From: an uncultured Spirochaetota bacterium | GTDB lineage: Bacteria; Spirochaetota; UBA4802; UBA5550 | Length of the DNA stretch: 64,000 bases | Direction: 5' to 3' | Assembly (NCBI GenBank): GCA_963727175.1 | Contig: CAVSFD010000002.1 | Coordinates: 4,701,381-4,765,380 of the forward strand | Part shown: piece by piece, positions 1 through 10,298 of the stretch | Layout: the number at the start of each line of letters is the position of its first letter | Numbering within the stretch: position 1 is the first letter of the stretch | Translations under genes and position numbers: made by a program | The notes under the pieces: model-generated | Seen by the model: the letters and a program-made list of their open reading frames with translations, nothing else | Told to the model about the DNA's origin: nothing | Database searches by the model: none

Positions 1-747
1 GAGCTCACCCATGGATCCGTCGTCCTTGATGCGGTACTTGGGCACCAGGAATATCGATATCCCCTTGGTTCCTTCGGGATCACCTTCGATCCGGGCAAGG
101 ACCGGGTGTATAATGTTCTTTGAATAGTTATTGTCGCCGGAGGAGATGAATATCTTCTGCCCCTTGATGGAATAGCTCCCATCGGCATTTTTGGTTGCCT
201 TGGTCTTGAGTGCGCCCACGTCAGAACCGGCATCGGGCTCGGTGAGACACATGGTGCCGCCCCATTCGCCGGACAGCATCTTATCGACGACCGCCTTCTT
301 CCAGGGATATTCGGGGAGAAACTTCATGTACATGTTGCAGGCGCCGATGGACAGCATCGGGAACATGGTGAAGGCGCAGCTGGCAGCGGTGAAATAGTCG
401 GTCACCGTGTAGTATATTGATTCCGGCATTCCCATGCCGCCCCACTTGGGATCGGTGGCTACACTCATGAAGCCTGCTTCATAGTAGGCTTTCAGACCCG
501 GAAAGTATTCCTGGGGAATCGTTACCTGTTTTTTGGCGGCATCATATTTGGCTCCGCTCTTGTCAGCAGTCGCATTGATCGGGTAAACCTGCTCAACGGC
601 GATGGTTTCCGCAAGATCGACGACACTTTCCATGGTGTCCTTGTCAAAATCGGCAAACTTTTCAAACTTGGTCAGCTTATCGACTTCAAACATTTCAAAT
701 AATATGAACTTTGTGTCTCTTGAATCAACGATAGGATTTGCAGCCAT
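1..747 (-). CDS. Acyl-CoA dehydrogenase, N-terminal part; the gene's 3' end lies beyond the left edge of the window
   Basis: Reverse translation from ATG at 745-747 gives MAANPIVDSRDTKFILFEMFEV..., a typical N-terminus of long-form acyl-CoA dehydrogenases. GGAGGA RBS lies 8 nt upstream. The frame stays open to position 1. Confidence 0.75.
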   Translation of the reverse strand, partial: MAANPIVDSRDTKFILFEMFEVDKLTKFEKFADFDKDTMESVVDLAETIAVEQVYPINATADKSGAKYDAAKKQVTIPQEYFPGLKAYYEAGFMSVATDPKWGGMGMPESIYYTVTDYFTAASCAFTMFPMLSIGACNMYMKFLPEYPWKKAVVDKMLSGEWGGTMCLTEPDAGSDVGALKTKATKNADGSYSIKGQKIFISSGDNNYSKNIIHPVLARIEGDPEGTKGISIFLVPKYRIKDDGSMGEL

Positions 748-994
748 AAATCACTCCTCCGTAAAAATATAATATACCATCCCCGTATGCGGATTAATAA
801 GTATGCACAGTATTAACCAAACATTATTAGCACCGCGTTTTTTGTCAAATAATATTGGACCGCATACAATACCTGTTTTTTGTTATTTTGCACAGGGTGT
901 CAGTTGACGGACGGGAGGGTGGATTTAACAGGCTATGAAATAATCGCCAGAAATTAACAATTCAATTATGCCCCAACCCCATAAAAGGGGCTAT

Positions 995-1546
995 CTATTT
1001 CAGGCTTTTCGCGATCTCAATGCCCCGCTCAATGGCTTTCAGGTTGTCCGGAATGGTATCTTTAAGTCGCGCGGGGATAACCTTGCCGATAATCTTCTCA
1101 AGGTCGTTAAAATCGAGAAAGGGGAGACTTTCTACAAAACAGCCCAGGGTTATCATGTTGGCCATCTTCGGATTTCCCATGGCAACGGCTTCTTCATTGA
1201 TCTTTACTTTCATGACATTGACGCCGTCTTTTGTTTTAATCATATCTTCCGGGATGAGGCTGGTATTGGCTATCAAGAGGCTTCCCTTTTCCAGCATGTT
1301 CTGGTAGAATTCCAGACCGATGAGATCAAGGGCAAGGAGAGCCCGGGGATTGTTAGTTATGGGCGAGCCGATTTCCTCATCGGACACGATGACGTACACG
1401 TTGGTCCTTCCGCCGCGCTTTTCCACGCCGTAGGAGGGCAGGTACGTCACCTCCAGGTTCTTTTCCATCGAGGCAAGGGCAACGATAAGGCTGATGGTCT
1501 GTATCCCCTGCCCGCCGAATCCGGTCATTATCACATCGTAGTACAT
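995..1546 (-). CDS. 2-oxoacid:ferredoxin oxidoreductase gamma subunit (POR/KOR/VOR family)
   Basis: 183 aa with MTGFGGQGIQ... N-terminal signature of the gamma subunit. It is the last gene of a delta-alpha-beta-gamma operon on the minus strand. Confidence 0.8.
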   Translation of the reverse strand: MYYDVIMTGFGGQGIQTISLIVALASMEKNLEVTYLPSYGVEKRGGRTNVYVIVSDEEIGSPITNNPRALLALDLIGLEFYQNMLEKGSLLIANTSLIPEDMIKTKDGVNVMKVKINEEAVAMGNPKMANMITLGCFVESLPFLDFNDLEKIIGKVIPARLKDTIPDNLKAIERGIEIAKSLK

Positions 1547-1588
1547 AGAGTCCTCATAGGCGCTGTTCCTGAACCGCGCTTACTCTAT

Positions 1589-2341
1589 CTACAGGAAATC
1601 CTTCCCCGTCCGCTCCTTGAAAACCCCCAGCGGGAAATAGGGGATCATCTCGTTTTCTATAACGTCAAGTGCCTCAACGGGCGATACGCGCCAGTTGGTA
1701 TTGCAGGTGGACAGCAGCTCCACCATGGAGAACCCCATCTGGTTTATCTGCATTTCAAAGGCCTTGACAATGGCCTTCTTCGCCTGGATCACGTTTTTCG
1801 GCTTGTGAAGTGACACCCTGGCGGAGTAGGCAACGCCCTCCAGGGTCGCCAGCAGCTCGGCCATCCTGATGGGATATCCCTCGGTCTGGAAATTCCTGCC
1901 GTAGGGCGATGTCGTGGTCTGCTGGCCCAGAAGCGTCGTGGGCGCCATCTGTCCTCCCGTCATGCCGTACACGGAGTTGTTGATGAAGATGACGGTAATG
2001 TTCTCTCCGCGGTTGGCGGCATGGATGATTTCCGACGTGCCGATGGCGGCCATGTCGCCGTCGCCCTGGTAATTGAAGATGATCTTGTCCGGCTGGGCCC
2101 GCTTCATGCCCGTGGCGCATGCCGGCGCCCTGCCGTGGGGCGCTTCGAGCACATCGATGGGAAGATAATGATACAGGAACACGCAGCAGCCCACTCCGGG
2201 GATGCCGATGGTCCGGTCCGTAATGCCCAGCTCGTCGAGGGCCTCCGCCACCAGGCGGTGGGCAATGCCGTGGGTGCAGCCGGGACAGAAATGGGTCGGC
2301 GTGTCGGTGAGGCATTCGGTCCTGCTGAATACTTGGTTCAT
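1589..2341 (-). CDS. 2-oxoacid:ferredoxin oxidoreductase beta subunit (TPP-binding)
   Basis: 250 aa with CPGCTHG Cys cluster, a TPP-binding GDG...NN region, and a 4-bp gap to the alpha subunit gene. Confidence 0.85.
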   Translation of the reverse strand: MNQVFSRTECLTDTPTHFCPGCTHGIAHRLVAEALDELGITDRTIGIPGVGCCVFLYHYLPIDVLEAPHGRAPACATGMKRAQPDKIIFNYQGDGDMAAIGTSEIIHAANRGENITVIFINNSVYGMTGGQMAPTTLLGQQTTTSPYGRNFQTEGYPIRMAELLATLEGVAYSARVSLHKPKNVIQAKKAIVKAFEMQINQMGFSMVELLSTCNTNWRVSPVEALDVIENEMIPYFPLGVFKERTGKDFL

Positions 2342-2344
2342 GGG

Positions 2345-3399
2345 CTACTCCAGCGCCTTCTGTATCTCGGCCAGCACCTCGTCGGGAAAGGGTATCCCCC
2401 CGCCGGGCCTGCCGTAGAATGATATCTTCGCGTCCTTGTGCGCGTTAATCTTCACGTCATAGAGCATCTGGCCGGTGTTCATTTCCACAACCAGTATCTT
2501 TTTAATTCTTTCGGAGTGACGGTATACCTGCTTTTCAGGGAACGGGAAGAGCGTGATCGGCCGGAGCAGCCCTATCTTCATTCCCTGCTCCCGTGCCATC
2601 CGTATCGCCGTCTTGGCGATCCGCGCCGGGGTGCCGAAGGCCACGATCATCAGCTCCGCATCATCCAGGAACTTTTCCTCGCAGAGGACCTCGTTTGGCG
2701 CGGATTTCGTCATATTTTTTCTGAAGATCAAGGTTGTGCCGCTTCCTGTTCGCCGGGGCCCAGGTAGAGAGACTTGAGGAGCTTCGGTTTCTGTCCGTTG
2801 CGGCCTTTCAGCGCCCAGGGTTTTTCAGGAATGACGATGGGATGATCCGGAGTGAGCCGGCACGGCTCCTGGAACTGGCCCACCATGGCGTCCGCCAGAA
2901 TGACAGAGAGCATCCGGTACTTGTCAGCCAGTTCGAAGCCCTTGATGGTCAGGTCAAACATTTCCTGGACCGATGCCGGCGCCAGCACGATGTTATGATA
3001 ATCGCCATGACCGCCGCCATGGACAGCCTGGGTGTAATCCCCCTGGGTGGGGGATATGCCGCCGAGGCCCGGACCGCACCGCATGATGTTAACCACCAGA
3101 CCCGGGATTTCAGATCCGGCGATATAGGAGAATCCTTCCTGCATGAGGGATATGCCCGGGCCGGATGACGACGTCATGGCCCGCTCCCCCGACGCGCCGG
3201 CACCGAGGACCATGTTGATCGATGCGATTTCGCTCTCGGCGGGGATAAAGGTGCCGCCGTGTTTGGGGAGCTCCCGGGCAAGGTATTCGGGGATGTCGTT
3301 CTGAGGGGTAATGGGATAACCGAAGTAATACCGGCATCCCGCCTGTATCGCTCCCTCGGCAAGGGCTATGTTCCCCTTGGTCAGCTTCTTATCGGTCAT
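2345..3399 (-). CDS. 2-oxoacid:ferredoxin oxidoreductase alpha subunit, split into two ORFs (2728..3399 and 2345..2731) by an apparent frameshift or stop
   Basis: The N-terminal ORF (MTDKKLTKGNIALAEGAIQAGCRYYFGYPITPQ...) and the C-terminal ORF (...DDAELMIVAFGTPARIAKTAIRMAREQGMKIGLLRPITLFPFP) together make a normal ~350-aa alpha subunit. The junction sits at a TTGA overlap next to an A6 run. A third frame carries HNLDLQKKYDEIRAK, which reads like linker sequence. Confidence 0.7.
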
Positions 3400-3606
3400 T
3401 TGAACACCTCAATGGCGGTATCGGGGCACATGAGGGCGCAGGTTTTGCAGGCGGTGCACTGTGTCTTCCCCGTCTTCTGAAAACTGCGCCGGGAAATAAC
3501 CTACCCGGTTATGCTTATCTGAAACAACGATGAGCTGCTTGGGACAGAATTTAATGCAGAAATAACATCCTTTGCACCGGTCAGCGTCAATTGTAATGTG
3601 GGCCAT
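3396..3606 (-). CDS. 2-oxoacid:ferredoxin oxidoreductase delta subunit (2x[4Fe-4S] ferredoxin), with a 1-nt frameshift near the 3' end
   Basis: The ORF frame gives CKGCYFCIKFCP and then nonsense (EDGEDTVHRLQNLRPHVPRYRH). Removing one G from the GGGG run (plus-strand CCCC at about 3467-3470) restores a second CTACKTCALMCPDTAIEVFK* ferredoxin motif. That frame ends at a TGA that overlaps the korA ATG. Confidence 0.7.
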
Positions 3607-3687
3607 AATGGCGGTGAATAATCCTTTTTAACTTTTTAGTCAGTATTAAAATACCACATGGTTTAATATATAATCATTTTAAATATT

Positions 3688-3709
3688 AGTCAACCAAAAC
3701 ATTTTGACT
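3688..3709. promoter_or_regulatory. AGTCAA-N10-TTGACT inverted repeat in the AT-rich divergent intergenic region between the kor operon and the XRE/cupin regulator gene
   Basis: The palindrome was read directly in sequence. It lies inside a 300-bp AT-rich region flanked by divergent gene starts at 3606 and 3912. Confidence 0.25.
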
Positions 3710-3911
3710 CTCATATACACTGTATAAAATTTACCATTTTCAAGTCAACAAAATCTGGCGGTGCAATCAAAATTTTAACCTGTAATAAAGTTGGACGGCG
3801 ACCAACCTCAATGTTATTTCCATGCGTGCACTATGCCTTGTAAATTATATTTGACAGATAAACCTTCACACATTTCATTTAATGTAATTATTCAATCTGC
3901 GGAGAGGGATC

Positions 3912-4478
3912 ATGGACAATACCGATATCAAAGTGGGCGAAAAGATAAAGAAGTACCGCGAAACAATGAACATATCCCTGGCTGACCTTGCCGAGCGGAC
4001 AGGGTTCTCCCCGGCGTTCCTGTCCCAGCTTGAAAACCACCTCATCTCGCCCCCCCTGGGAGCCCTGATGAAGATAGCCCGTTCCCTCGGCATCGAAATC
4101 GGCAAGCTTTTCGGGCAGAAGGGCACAGCGCCCTTCACCATCGTCCGGAAAGACGAGCGGATCCAGACCTCCCGGGTTGCCTCCAAGGAAGGAGTCCGGT
4201 ACGGGTATTCATACGAATCACTGGCGCCGGATAAGATAAACCGCAAGATGGAGCCCTTCCTGGTGACGCTGGAGCCGGTTTCAAAGAAAGGAATGCCTTA
4301 CAATCACGACGGCGAGGAGTTTCTTTTTGTCCTTGAAGGCAGGGTCGAGATTCAGCTTGGCGAGCATACTGACATTCTCGAGGCGGGGGACAGCATTTAC
4401 TACGATTCAAAACTCGACCACCGGGTCTCCTGCGCCGACGACAGGCCGGCCAGAATAGTCGCCGTCATCTACGCGTAA
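3912..4478 (+). CDS. XRE-family HTH transcriptional regulator with C-terminal cupin domain
   Basis: 188 aa. The N-terminal HTH_3-like segment is IKKYRETMNISLADLAERTGFSPAFLSQLE. The C-terminal cupin-like beta-barrel segment is GEEFLFVLEGRVEIQLGE...GDSIYYDS. Confidence 0.75.
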   Translation: MDNTDIKVGEKIKKYRETMNISLADLAERTGFSPAFLSQLENHLISPPLGALMKIARSLGIEIGKLFGQKGTAPFTIVRKDERIQTSRVASKEGVRYGYSYESLAPDKINRKMEPFLVTLEPVSKKGMPYNHDGEEFLFVLEGRVEIQLGEHTDILEAGDSIYYDSKLDHRVSCADDRPARIVAVIYA

Positions 4479-4490
4479 ACGACAGCGGCA

Positions 4491-6710
4491 TCAATCATCC
4501 CTTTTCCCGGTCATGACAATCTCTTTCAACTCGTTCGCCTTGTCCGCGATGACGTGAGTAAACCGCTGCAGCTTCCTGCTTGATTCTGCTATGCCCTGGG
4601 CCATTTCAGAAATGCGGAGTATTGTCCGGGAATTCTCTTCCATCGATTTCCTCTGCTCCGTGGTGGAGTTCTGGATGGTGCGCGACACCTCCTCCAGTAT
4701 CCGCGCCTGGTCTATGATTTTCATGATAATGGCTCCGAGATCACCCATCGCCCCTGACACCGTATCGACCTTTCCGGTAATCCCCTTTATGAGGGTGAAG
4801 ATCGCCTCTGTCGATTTCCTCGTTTCGTTCAGCATGGCGATACCGCTGGCGATATCGCTGGTTATCTTCGTTACCTGGTTCGATATGACTTTCGAATTCT
4901 CGGTGGTCCTGGCCGCCAGCTTCCCGATCTCGTCGGCGACCACGGCAAAACCCCGTCCATGCTCGCCGGCGCGCGCCGCCTCTATGGCGGCGTTCAAGCT
5001 GAGAAGGTTGATCTTGTCGGATATGTCGTCGATGACCGATATGAAATTATTGATGGTCTGGCCGCCCTCATTGATGATATGCATCATTGACATCATCTTC
5101 TCGTAATTTTCGCCGGTGGCGTCGGTGGTCTTTTCAATATCAGTAATGCCGGAATGCATCGCCTCGCTCAGGCTTTTCACGGACTGCTGTGTCCCCTTCA
5201 GGTTGTCGACCATCACGGATACCTTCGCCCGCTCCTCTTCCTGGCGGAACACCGAGTCCACGATCGACTCGATGGCGGAGGTGAGCTCCTCGAAGGAAGC
5301 GGACATCTGCTCGCTCAGGGATGCCTGCTCCATGGACATCTCTGACAGGCTCTTGCCCATGAGTTCTTCCTCCCTGCCGACGTTAAGGAGTTCGTTGGAG
5401 GTCATCTGCGCCTTCTCCATGACGCCTTCCAGGTACCGGTTCCGGTCTTCCAGATTGTCCTTGAGTTGATGCACCTCCCGGTTCATGGTCTTTATCTTGT
5501 CGGCGAGCCCAAGGGAAAGAAGCACCATCTGTGCGGCCCCGCCGAGAGGGACGCCCTGGTGCGTTATGAAGGATTCCGGAAGAACACGAACTGCCTTCAG
5601 GATATACAGACACGCGCCGAGGATCAGCGCGCCCCAGGCTATGAGGAAAAACCGCGCCGGCCTGCTGCCCTGACGCAAACAAATGACGCCGGTAACGATG
5701 AGGATGATGGCCAGAACGAAAGTCACCGCCATGGCGGGGATGACGATGCAAAAGTACGCGGTGTTGCCGAAAAAGGGCGTGAGGGCCCCGGTCGCGGCCA
5801 TGATGACGGCTCCCAGGACCGGAAAAGCCACGATCACCCGGTGGAGCCGGGGTACATGCACCTTCGTATCAAGAAATTTCTGCATGAACATTGAGCTGGA
5901 TATCATGACCAGGGAGACGCCCAGGAGTATGCAGTTCATCGCCATCCAGCTGAATCTCTTCCATATGAATTCGTTGCCGATGCCGTTCTCGGAGATGATG
6001 TAAAACAGGAACGAAAAAATGAAAAAGACCAGGTAAAAATAGTTTTCATCGCGTGACATGAAGAAGATGAAAAAATTATAAAGCATGATGATAATCATGG
6101 CCCCCAGGAGAACGCCCAGCACGATCTGTTCCTTCCGCTCGGCCTTGATGAATTCGATCTGGGACATGAGCCGCAGGGGAAACACGATACCGTCGCCGCT
6201 CTGAGCCCGGAGGTAAAAATGACGCGTCTCCCCCGGCTTGAGGCGCAGCTCATAAACAAACGTGCGCCGTTTTATCTCTTTCCCCGTGTAAGGCATGGAG
6301 CGCCCCTGCTGTTCTTCAATGAAGCCGCCCTTCGGCTGCGCGGTAAAAAGGGAAACATAATCTATGAGGGGATGGTTCAGCTCGAGGAGCCAGTCCTTTT
6401 CCTCCCCGGACGCGTTTTGTATGGAGAACCGTATCCACCAGGCGGACATGGTCTGCCCGATGTTGGGGACCTCCTCAGTGCTGATTGTGAACCTTTTTTG
6501 AAAATCAGGTCCCGATACCCGGTCTATCGTCAGGTTTTTTTCCGGGTCCTCCAGCAGGGCTATATACCTGCCCGGTATCTCATAATAATCGCTGCCTTTA
6601 TTGATCCTGAATGCATTCTGCGCAAACAGGGGCATGATTACCGATAACAAAAAAGTCATGACGAGCATACAGATGATGGCGGCCTGTGAAAATAGGGTTC
6701 GGTTCTTCAT
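4491..6710 (-). CDS. Methyl-accepting chemotaxis protein with 7TMR-DISM extracellular domain and 7TM module
   Basis: 739 aa with a signal peptide, a periplasmic ~150-aa domain, about 7 hydrophobic helices and a C-terminal MCP signalling domain ([30 protein letters not shown]). Confidence 0.8.
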   Translation of the reverse strand: MKNRTLFSQAAIICMLVMTFLLSVIMPLFAQNAFRINKGSDYYEIPGRYIALLEDPEKNLTIDRVSGPDFQKRFTISTEEVPNIGQTMSAWWIRFSIQNASGEEKDWLLELNHPLIDYVSLFTAQPKGGFIEEQQGRSMPYTGKEIKRRTFVYELRLKPGETRHFYLRAQSGDGIVFPLRLMSQIEFIKAERKEQIVLGVLLGAMIIIMLYNFFIFFMSRDENYFYLVFFIFSFLFYIISENGIGNEFIWKRFSWMAMNCILLGVSLVMISSSMFMQKFLDTKVHVPRLHRVIVAFPVLGAVIMAATGALTPFFGNTAYFCIVIPAMAVTFVLAIILIVTGVICLRQGSRPARFFLIAWGALILGACLYILKAVRVLPESFITHQGVPLGGAAQMVLLSLGLADKIKTMNREVHQLKDNLEDRNRYLEGVMEKAQMTSNELLNVGREEELMGKSLSEMSMEQASLSEQMSASFEELTSAIESIVDSVFRQEEERAKVSVMVDNLKGTQQSVKSLSEAMHSGITDIEKTTDATGENYEKMMSMMHIINEGGQTINNFISVIDDISDKINLLSLNAAIEAARAGEHGRGFAVVADEIGKLAARTTENSKVISNQVTKITSDIASGIAMLNETRKSTEAIFTLIKGITGKVDTVSGAMGDLGAIIMKIIDQARILEEVSRTIQNSTTEQRKSMEENSRTILRISEMAQGIAESSRKLQRFTHVIADKANELKEIVMTGKRDD

Positions 6711-6842
6711 TGCAGTGGTCCTTAATCGCTGAGATGCCTGTATACCGAAATAATATACTGTGTTGTCTTTGCTGTAATACAGCCTGATTATGATAATGCT
6801 GCGCCATCAGTCTGGCTGGCCAGCTTCCTGCGCCGGCCCGTG

Positions 6843-7523
6843 TTAACGGAGAAGGCGCTCAGCGACAAAGTAAAAAAACGCCGCAGCCCCGAGATAGAGG
6901 AGCATGACGGAAAACGCCGCGGGAATCTTGAGCCAGTTCCTTTTTTCCCTGACCTGCTCAAAGGCATACCGGCACGACAGGCCCAGGATGATCTCGGGGA
7001 TAATGATATAGACCGCGGTATGCCCCACCATGGCCACGTTCCGCGCATACCAGGAAGGAAGCATCCACACGGTCTCCTCTGACGCGCCGAAAATCACCAG
7101 GGCCAGGAGCGCAGCGGCCCAGTAGCCGAAACGGGGAGAGAGGCGTTCACTGACCCGCCCGGCAGCGTATATAATGATGAAAACTGGAATGGCCCACAGG
7201 CCTGCCATGTAACCGGAGACTGTGCCGATTTTCAGGAACCCGTCCTCCGGGAAGACCAGTACTCCCAGCTGGTGCGAGAGGAACCAGTCAGGGAACACCT
7301 GGAAGACGCTCAGGATAAGGGCAAAGAGCCAGATGTTGATCCAGAGATCATAGCCGCGGAGCTTTGCCGTGACCGGCAGGGCGATATTGTACAGCACAAC
7401 AAGGATGAAAAGCTTGATGCCGATCTCAGGGCCGGGGATCAGGAGAACCGGGAGGCAGATCAGGGAAAAAGCCGCGTGGAGGATAATAGCATCGCGCTCT
7501 TCACGGGTTAATGAAAACTTCAT
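6843..7523 (-). CDS. Integral membrane protein of unknown function (5-6 TM helices)
   Basis: 226-aa ORF that is hydrophobic throughout. I recognise no catalytic motif. Confidence 0.45.
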   Translation of the reverse strand: MKFSLTREERDAIILHAAFSLICLPVLLIPGPEIGIKLFILVVLYNIALPVTAKLRGYDLWINIWLFALILSVFQVFPDWFLSHQLGVLVFPEDGFLKIGTVSGYMAGLWAIPVFIIIYAAGRVSERLSPRFGYWAAALLALVIFGASEETVWMLPSWYARNVAMVGHTAVYIIIPEIILGLSCRYAFEQVREKRNWLKIPAAFSVMLLYLGAAAFFYFVAERLLR

Positions 7524-7568
7524 GAATGCCTCCTTGAATCAAAATATCAGCCTTCTCAACAATAATTG

Positions 7569-8396
7569 CTATTTCTCGATGCCGGGAATATCAGCCACTT
7601 CGCTGATCCGTTCCTTGATCTGCCTGAGGAGCTTGTCTTCGCCGGCGATTTTTATCAAGATTGCCTTTTGCGGACAGACCTCGGCGCAGCGCCCGCACCC
7701 CTTGCAGTCAGGCCCGATGACGGCCTTGCCCTTTTTCATCTCGATGGCGCATACAAAGCATTTGTCCACGCAGATTTCACAGCCGTCACATTTCTTCGGT
7801 TCAACACGGACCGTGATGCCGGGAAGTTTCTTGAAGGCATTATCAAGGGTGGGGCCCCTCTTTTTCATGTGTGTGCGGTAGATACAGTTGACGTCGTCGC
7901 AGAAACATATGAACATGAGGTCCCTGAAGCTGAGCCAGAAGGCGAAAGGATCAATCCACACATGGGCGACGTTGGCTATGAGTCCCAGTTCCCCGGCGCG
8001 GCGGATATGCTGGATGGCTTCTTTCGTGGTAATCCTGCGGCCGTGAGAGGGATGCATCCTTTTAATGGCCGGTCCCATGGCGATGCACCCGATATAACGG
8101 TCCTCGGTGGCGACCTTGTTGTGGTGCCGGCAGATACATTCATCAAGAACAAACTTTTCGTCAATTTCCGTGACAAGCTTTTCTACGATGTTGCGCGGCA
8201 GCGGCACTGACTTCGGAAAGTCAAGGTTAACGCTGATGGGGATCGATGTCACTTCATTGTGAGGGCGCATGAAAAACGGATTGATGATCCATTTCAACAC
8301 CGGCAGCGAGCTCCATTTTTTTCCGGCCCGAATGATCGGCCACGACAGCCACACCATGAAAGCCACCATCTTTTTCCCTGGACCGTGTTTGAACAT
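7569..8396 (-). CDS. Fe-S cluster-binding protein with a C-terminal 2x[4Fe-4S] ferredoxin-like domain
   Basis: 275 aa. C-terminal CDGCEICVDKC...CKGCGRCAEVCP motifs plus additional upstream Cys clusters (CICRHH, CFCDD). Confidence 0.55.
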   Translation of the reverse strand: MFKHGPGKKMVAFMVWLSWPIIRAGKKWSSLPVLKWIINPFFMRPHNEVTSIPISVNLDFPKSVPLPRNIVEKLVTEIDEKFVLDECICRHHNKVATEDRYIGCIAMGPAIKRMHPSHGRRITTKEAIQHIRRAGELGLIANVAHVWIDPFAFWLSFRDLMFICFCDDVNCIYRTHMKKRGPTLDNAFKKLPGITVRVEPKKCDGCEICVDKCFVCAIEMKKGKAVIGPDCKGCGRCAEVCPQKAILIKIAGEDKLLRQIKERISEVADIPGIEK

Positions 8397-8414
8397 GATT
8401 ACCTCGCCAATGTA

Positions 8415-8693
8415 TTATCTTTCAATGATGCCCTTTTTCAGCGGCAGCCACCAGGTGAACCCGTAGAGGATCGTCTTCAATACAACCATCGACGCGGGAA
8501 CCCCCTTATCCCTGCCTATTTTCAAAGACACCGCGGGGATCTCCACTACATGCAGGATCAAGAGGCCGATAAAAAATATCCTCGACATAAGGGGATCGCC
8601 GGGAAACAGGTAGCGTCCTAACGCCAGGGATAAACCATAAAGGACGATGGCGCCGATCATCAGGAAATACCAGAACATTTTGTTTTGAATCAT
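8415..8693 (-). CDS. Small membrane protein, hypothetical
   Basis: 92 aa with 3 predicted TM helices, immediately downstream of the Fe-S protein gene. Confidence 0.35.
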   Translation of the reverse strand: MIQNKMFWYFLMIGAIVLYGLSLALGRYLFPGDPLMSRIFFIGLLILHVVEIPAVSLKIGRDKGVPASMVVLKTILYGFTWWLPLKKGIIER

Positions 8694-8923
8694 ACCGCCT
8701 CCCAGTCGCTCTCATAATATATCACAAGAGTTAATAGAATGTCAAGTTGGACAATCGTCCAACTATCATCAATAGGTAAGCAGGGCTAAATGTCAACAAT
8801 TAACAATATATTCTTCAAGGAATTATTAGAAAGCCAGGAAGAGGGTACTACCGGGGTCAGAGCAACCATCTTGTGCTGGTTATAGCACCTTTATATAGCA
8901 TGACCACCTGTTATACGTTTTAC

Positions 8924-9002
8924 TCTGACCCCAATGCAACCGGAACCCGGGGTCAGAGCAACATGCCATGAAACAACTGGCCCCCATGCGATTGGGGGCC
9001 AG
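8924..9002 (-). terminator. Two stem-loops downstream of the secreted hydrolase gene. One has a 10-bp perfect stem (CTCTGACCCC / GGGGTCAGAG). The other has an 8-bp stem (TGGCCCCC / GGGGGCCA).
   Basis: Inverted repeats read in sequence at 8924-8959 and 8979-9002. They lie just 3' of the stop codon at 9034 of the minus-strand gene. Confidence 0.4.
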
Positions 9003-9033
9003 CAATGTCATCATATATACTATGCAGCGGTTG

Positions 9034-10077
9034 TTACCGGGTCAGCTGGGTAACGGCCTTGACCGGCGTACCGTCGCTCCAATTACCCATATCAAAGGTA
9101 AGAGTATTTTGTCCGTCCAGGGCTGCATCAAGGGCGGGCCAGAAAACCCGGTAGTCGAAAGCATCCACCTCGCCGTCGCCGCCGAGCATATTCATCGCCC
9201 AGCTGGGCATCCAGCCATCGTCGCAGATGGGGGCCATGTGGTCGGCTTTAAGGTCCTTGTCGCCATGAGTATCGGTATTGTACTGGTAAATCACCTTTGA
9301 TGGAGCATTCACCAGGGCATCATAGGCCTCATAGGCGGTCTCCGGCAGGGCAATGGTATCATCTGATCCGGTCAGTATAATGACCGGGACCGTGGTTGCA
9401 CGGGCCTTGGCATTGAAATCGAGCTCTGTCACGTCAACAAAGGCGTCAACAAAGGCCGGAATATTGGCGTACAAACAGGGGTCAGCAAGAACGATCCTCT
9501 TAACTGCCGGAGCAATGGCGGCGCCTTCATTATCTGCCCAGCAGAGGCTGATAAGGCCCCCCAGGGAGTGACCGAAAAGCACCATGTTGCTTCGGTCGGC
9601 CTTTGATCCTATCTTATTCAGGGCATCATTCACCGAATCGATGGTCCGGTGCATCATGTTGTACTGATTGTTATCGGTAGCCAGGCCTACGAGGCCGCCC
9701 TTGTTTATCTGCGGGAACAGGACGATGTAGCCCTGCCTGCAGAGGTGCTCGATATGGTCCATGTAAATATCAGGCGCCATAAGCATCATGCCGTGAAGGT
9801 AGATGACAACCGGCGCTTTGGTCCCGTTCTTCAATTTATCGGGGATATAATACCAGCACCAGTAACCGCTCCAGGGATTGTACCAGGCGCCAACCCTGCC
9901 CTCGGTAAAGCCGTTGCATATGTATTTAGCGGATGAGCCATAACCGGATACTGCCTGACCCGGGGCAGTTATCCCGGCCGCCCCGGCCGAATTGAAATCA
10001 CAGTTCAAGGAGAAAATCAGCACCAGCAACGCGATCAATAACAATTTACCCTTCATTGACAAGACCTCCCATTGCAA
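9034..10077 (-). CDS. Secreted alpha/beta-hydrolase (lipase/esterase-like, GHSLGG nucleophile elbow)
   Basis: 347 aa with an N-terminal signal peptide (MKGKLLLIALLVLIFSLN), a GxSxG motif (GHSLGG) and a YLHGM oxyanion-region motif. Confidence 0.7.
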   Translation of the reverse strand: MQWEVLSMKGKLLLIALLVLIFSLNCDFNSAGAAGITAPGQAVSGYGSSAKYICNGFTEGRVGAWYNPWSGYWCWYYIPDKLKNGTKAPVVIYLHGMMLMAPDIYMDHIEHLCRQGYIVLFPQINKGGLVGLATDNNQYNMMHRTIDSVNDALNKIGSKADRSNMVLFGHSLGGLISLCWADNEGAAIAPAVKRIVLADPCLYANIPAFVDAFVDVTELDFNAKARATTVPVIILTGSDDTIALPETAYEAYDALVNAPSKVIYQYNTDTHGDKDLKADHMAPICDDGWMPSWAMNMLGGDGEVDAFDYRVFWPALDAALDGQNTLTFDMGNWSDGTPVKAVTQLTR

Positions 10078-10298
10078 TTTTTTAAGCCGATAACTATCAC
10101 TGCGCCTCCAACTCCAAAATCAGTCTTTATTTATATAAACGTCCAGCGACCGTCCAGTCGGTTTGATGTATACACTATATGCATATACAAAATCCAGATG
10201 CTACTCAATATTACAGATTCTGTAAATTTGACAGAATTCTCGCAGGAAATCTCTTTTTAAAGGGCCAAATCCCTTGAACAACGAGGTATTGCCTTTTA

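Noticed and set aside
968-1813. 281-aa plus-strand ORF
   Set aside because: It is antisense to the clearly homologous korC/korB genes. I treat it as a typical shadow ORF in GC-rich DNA.
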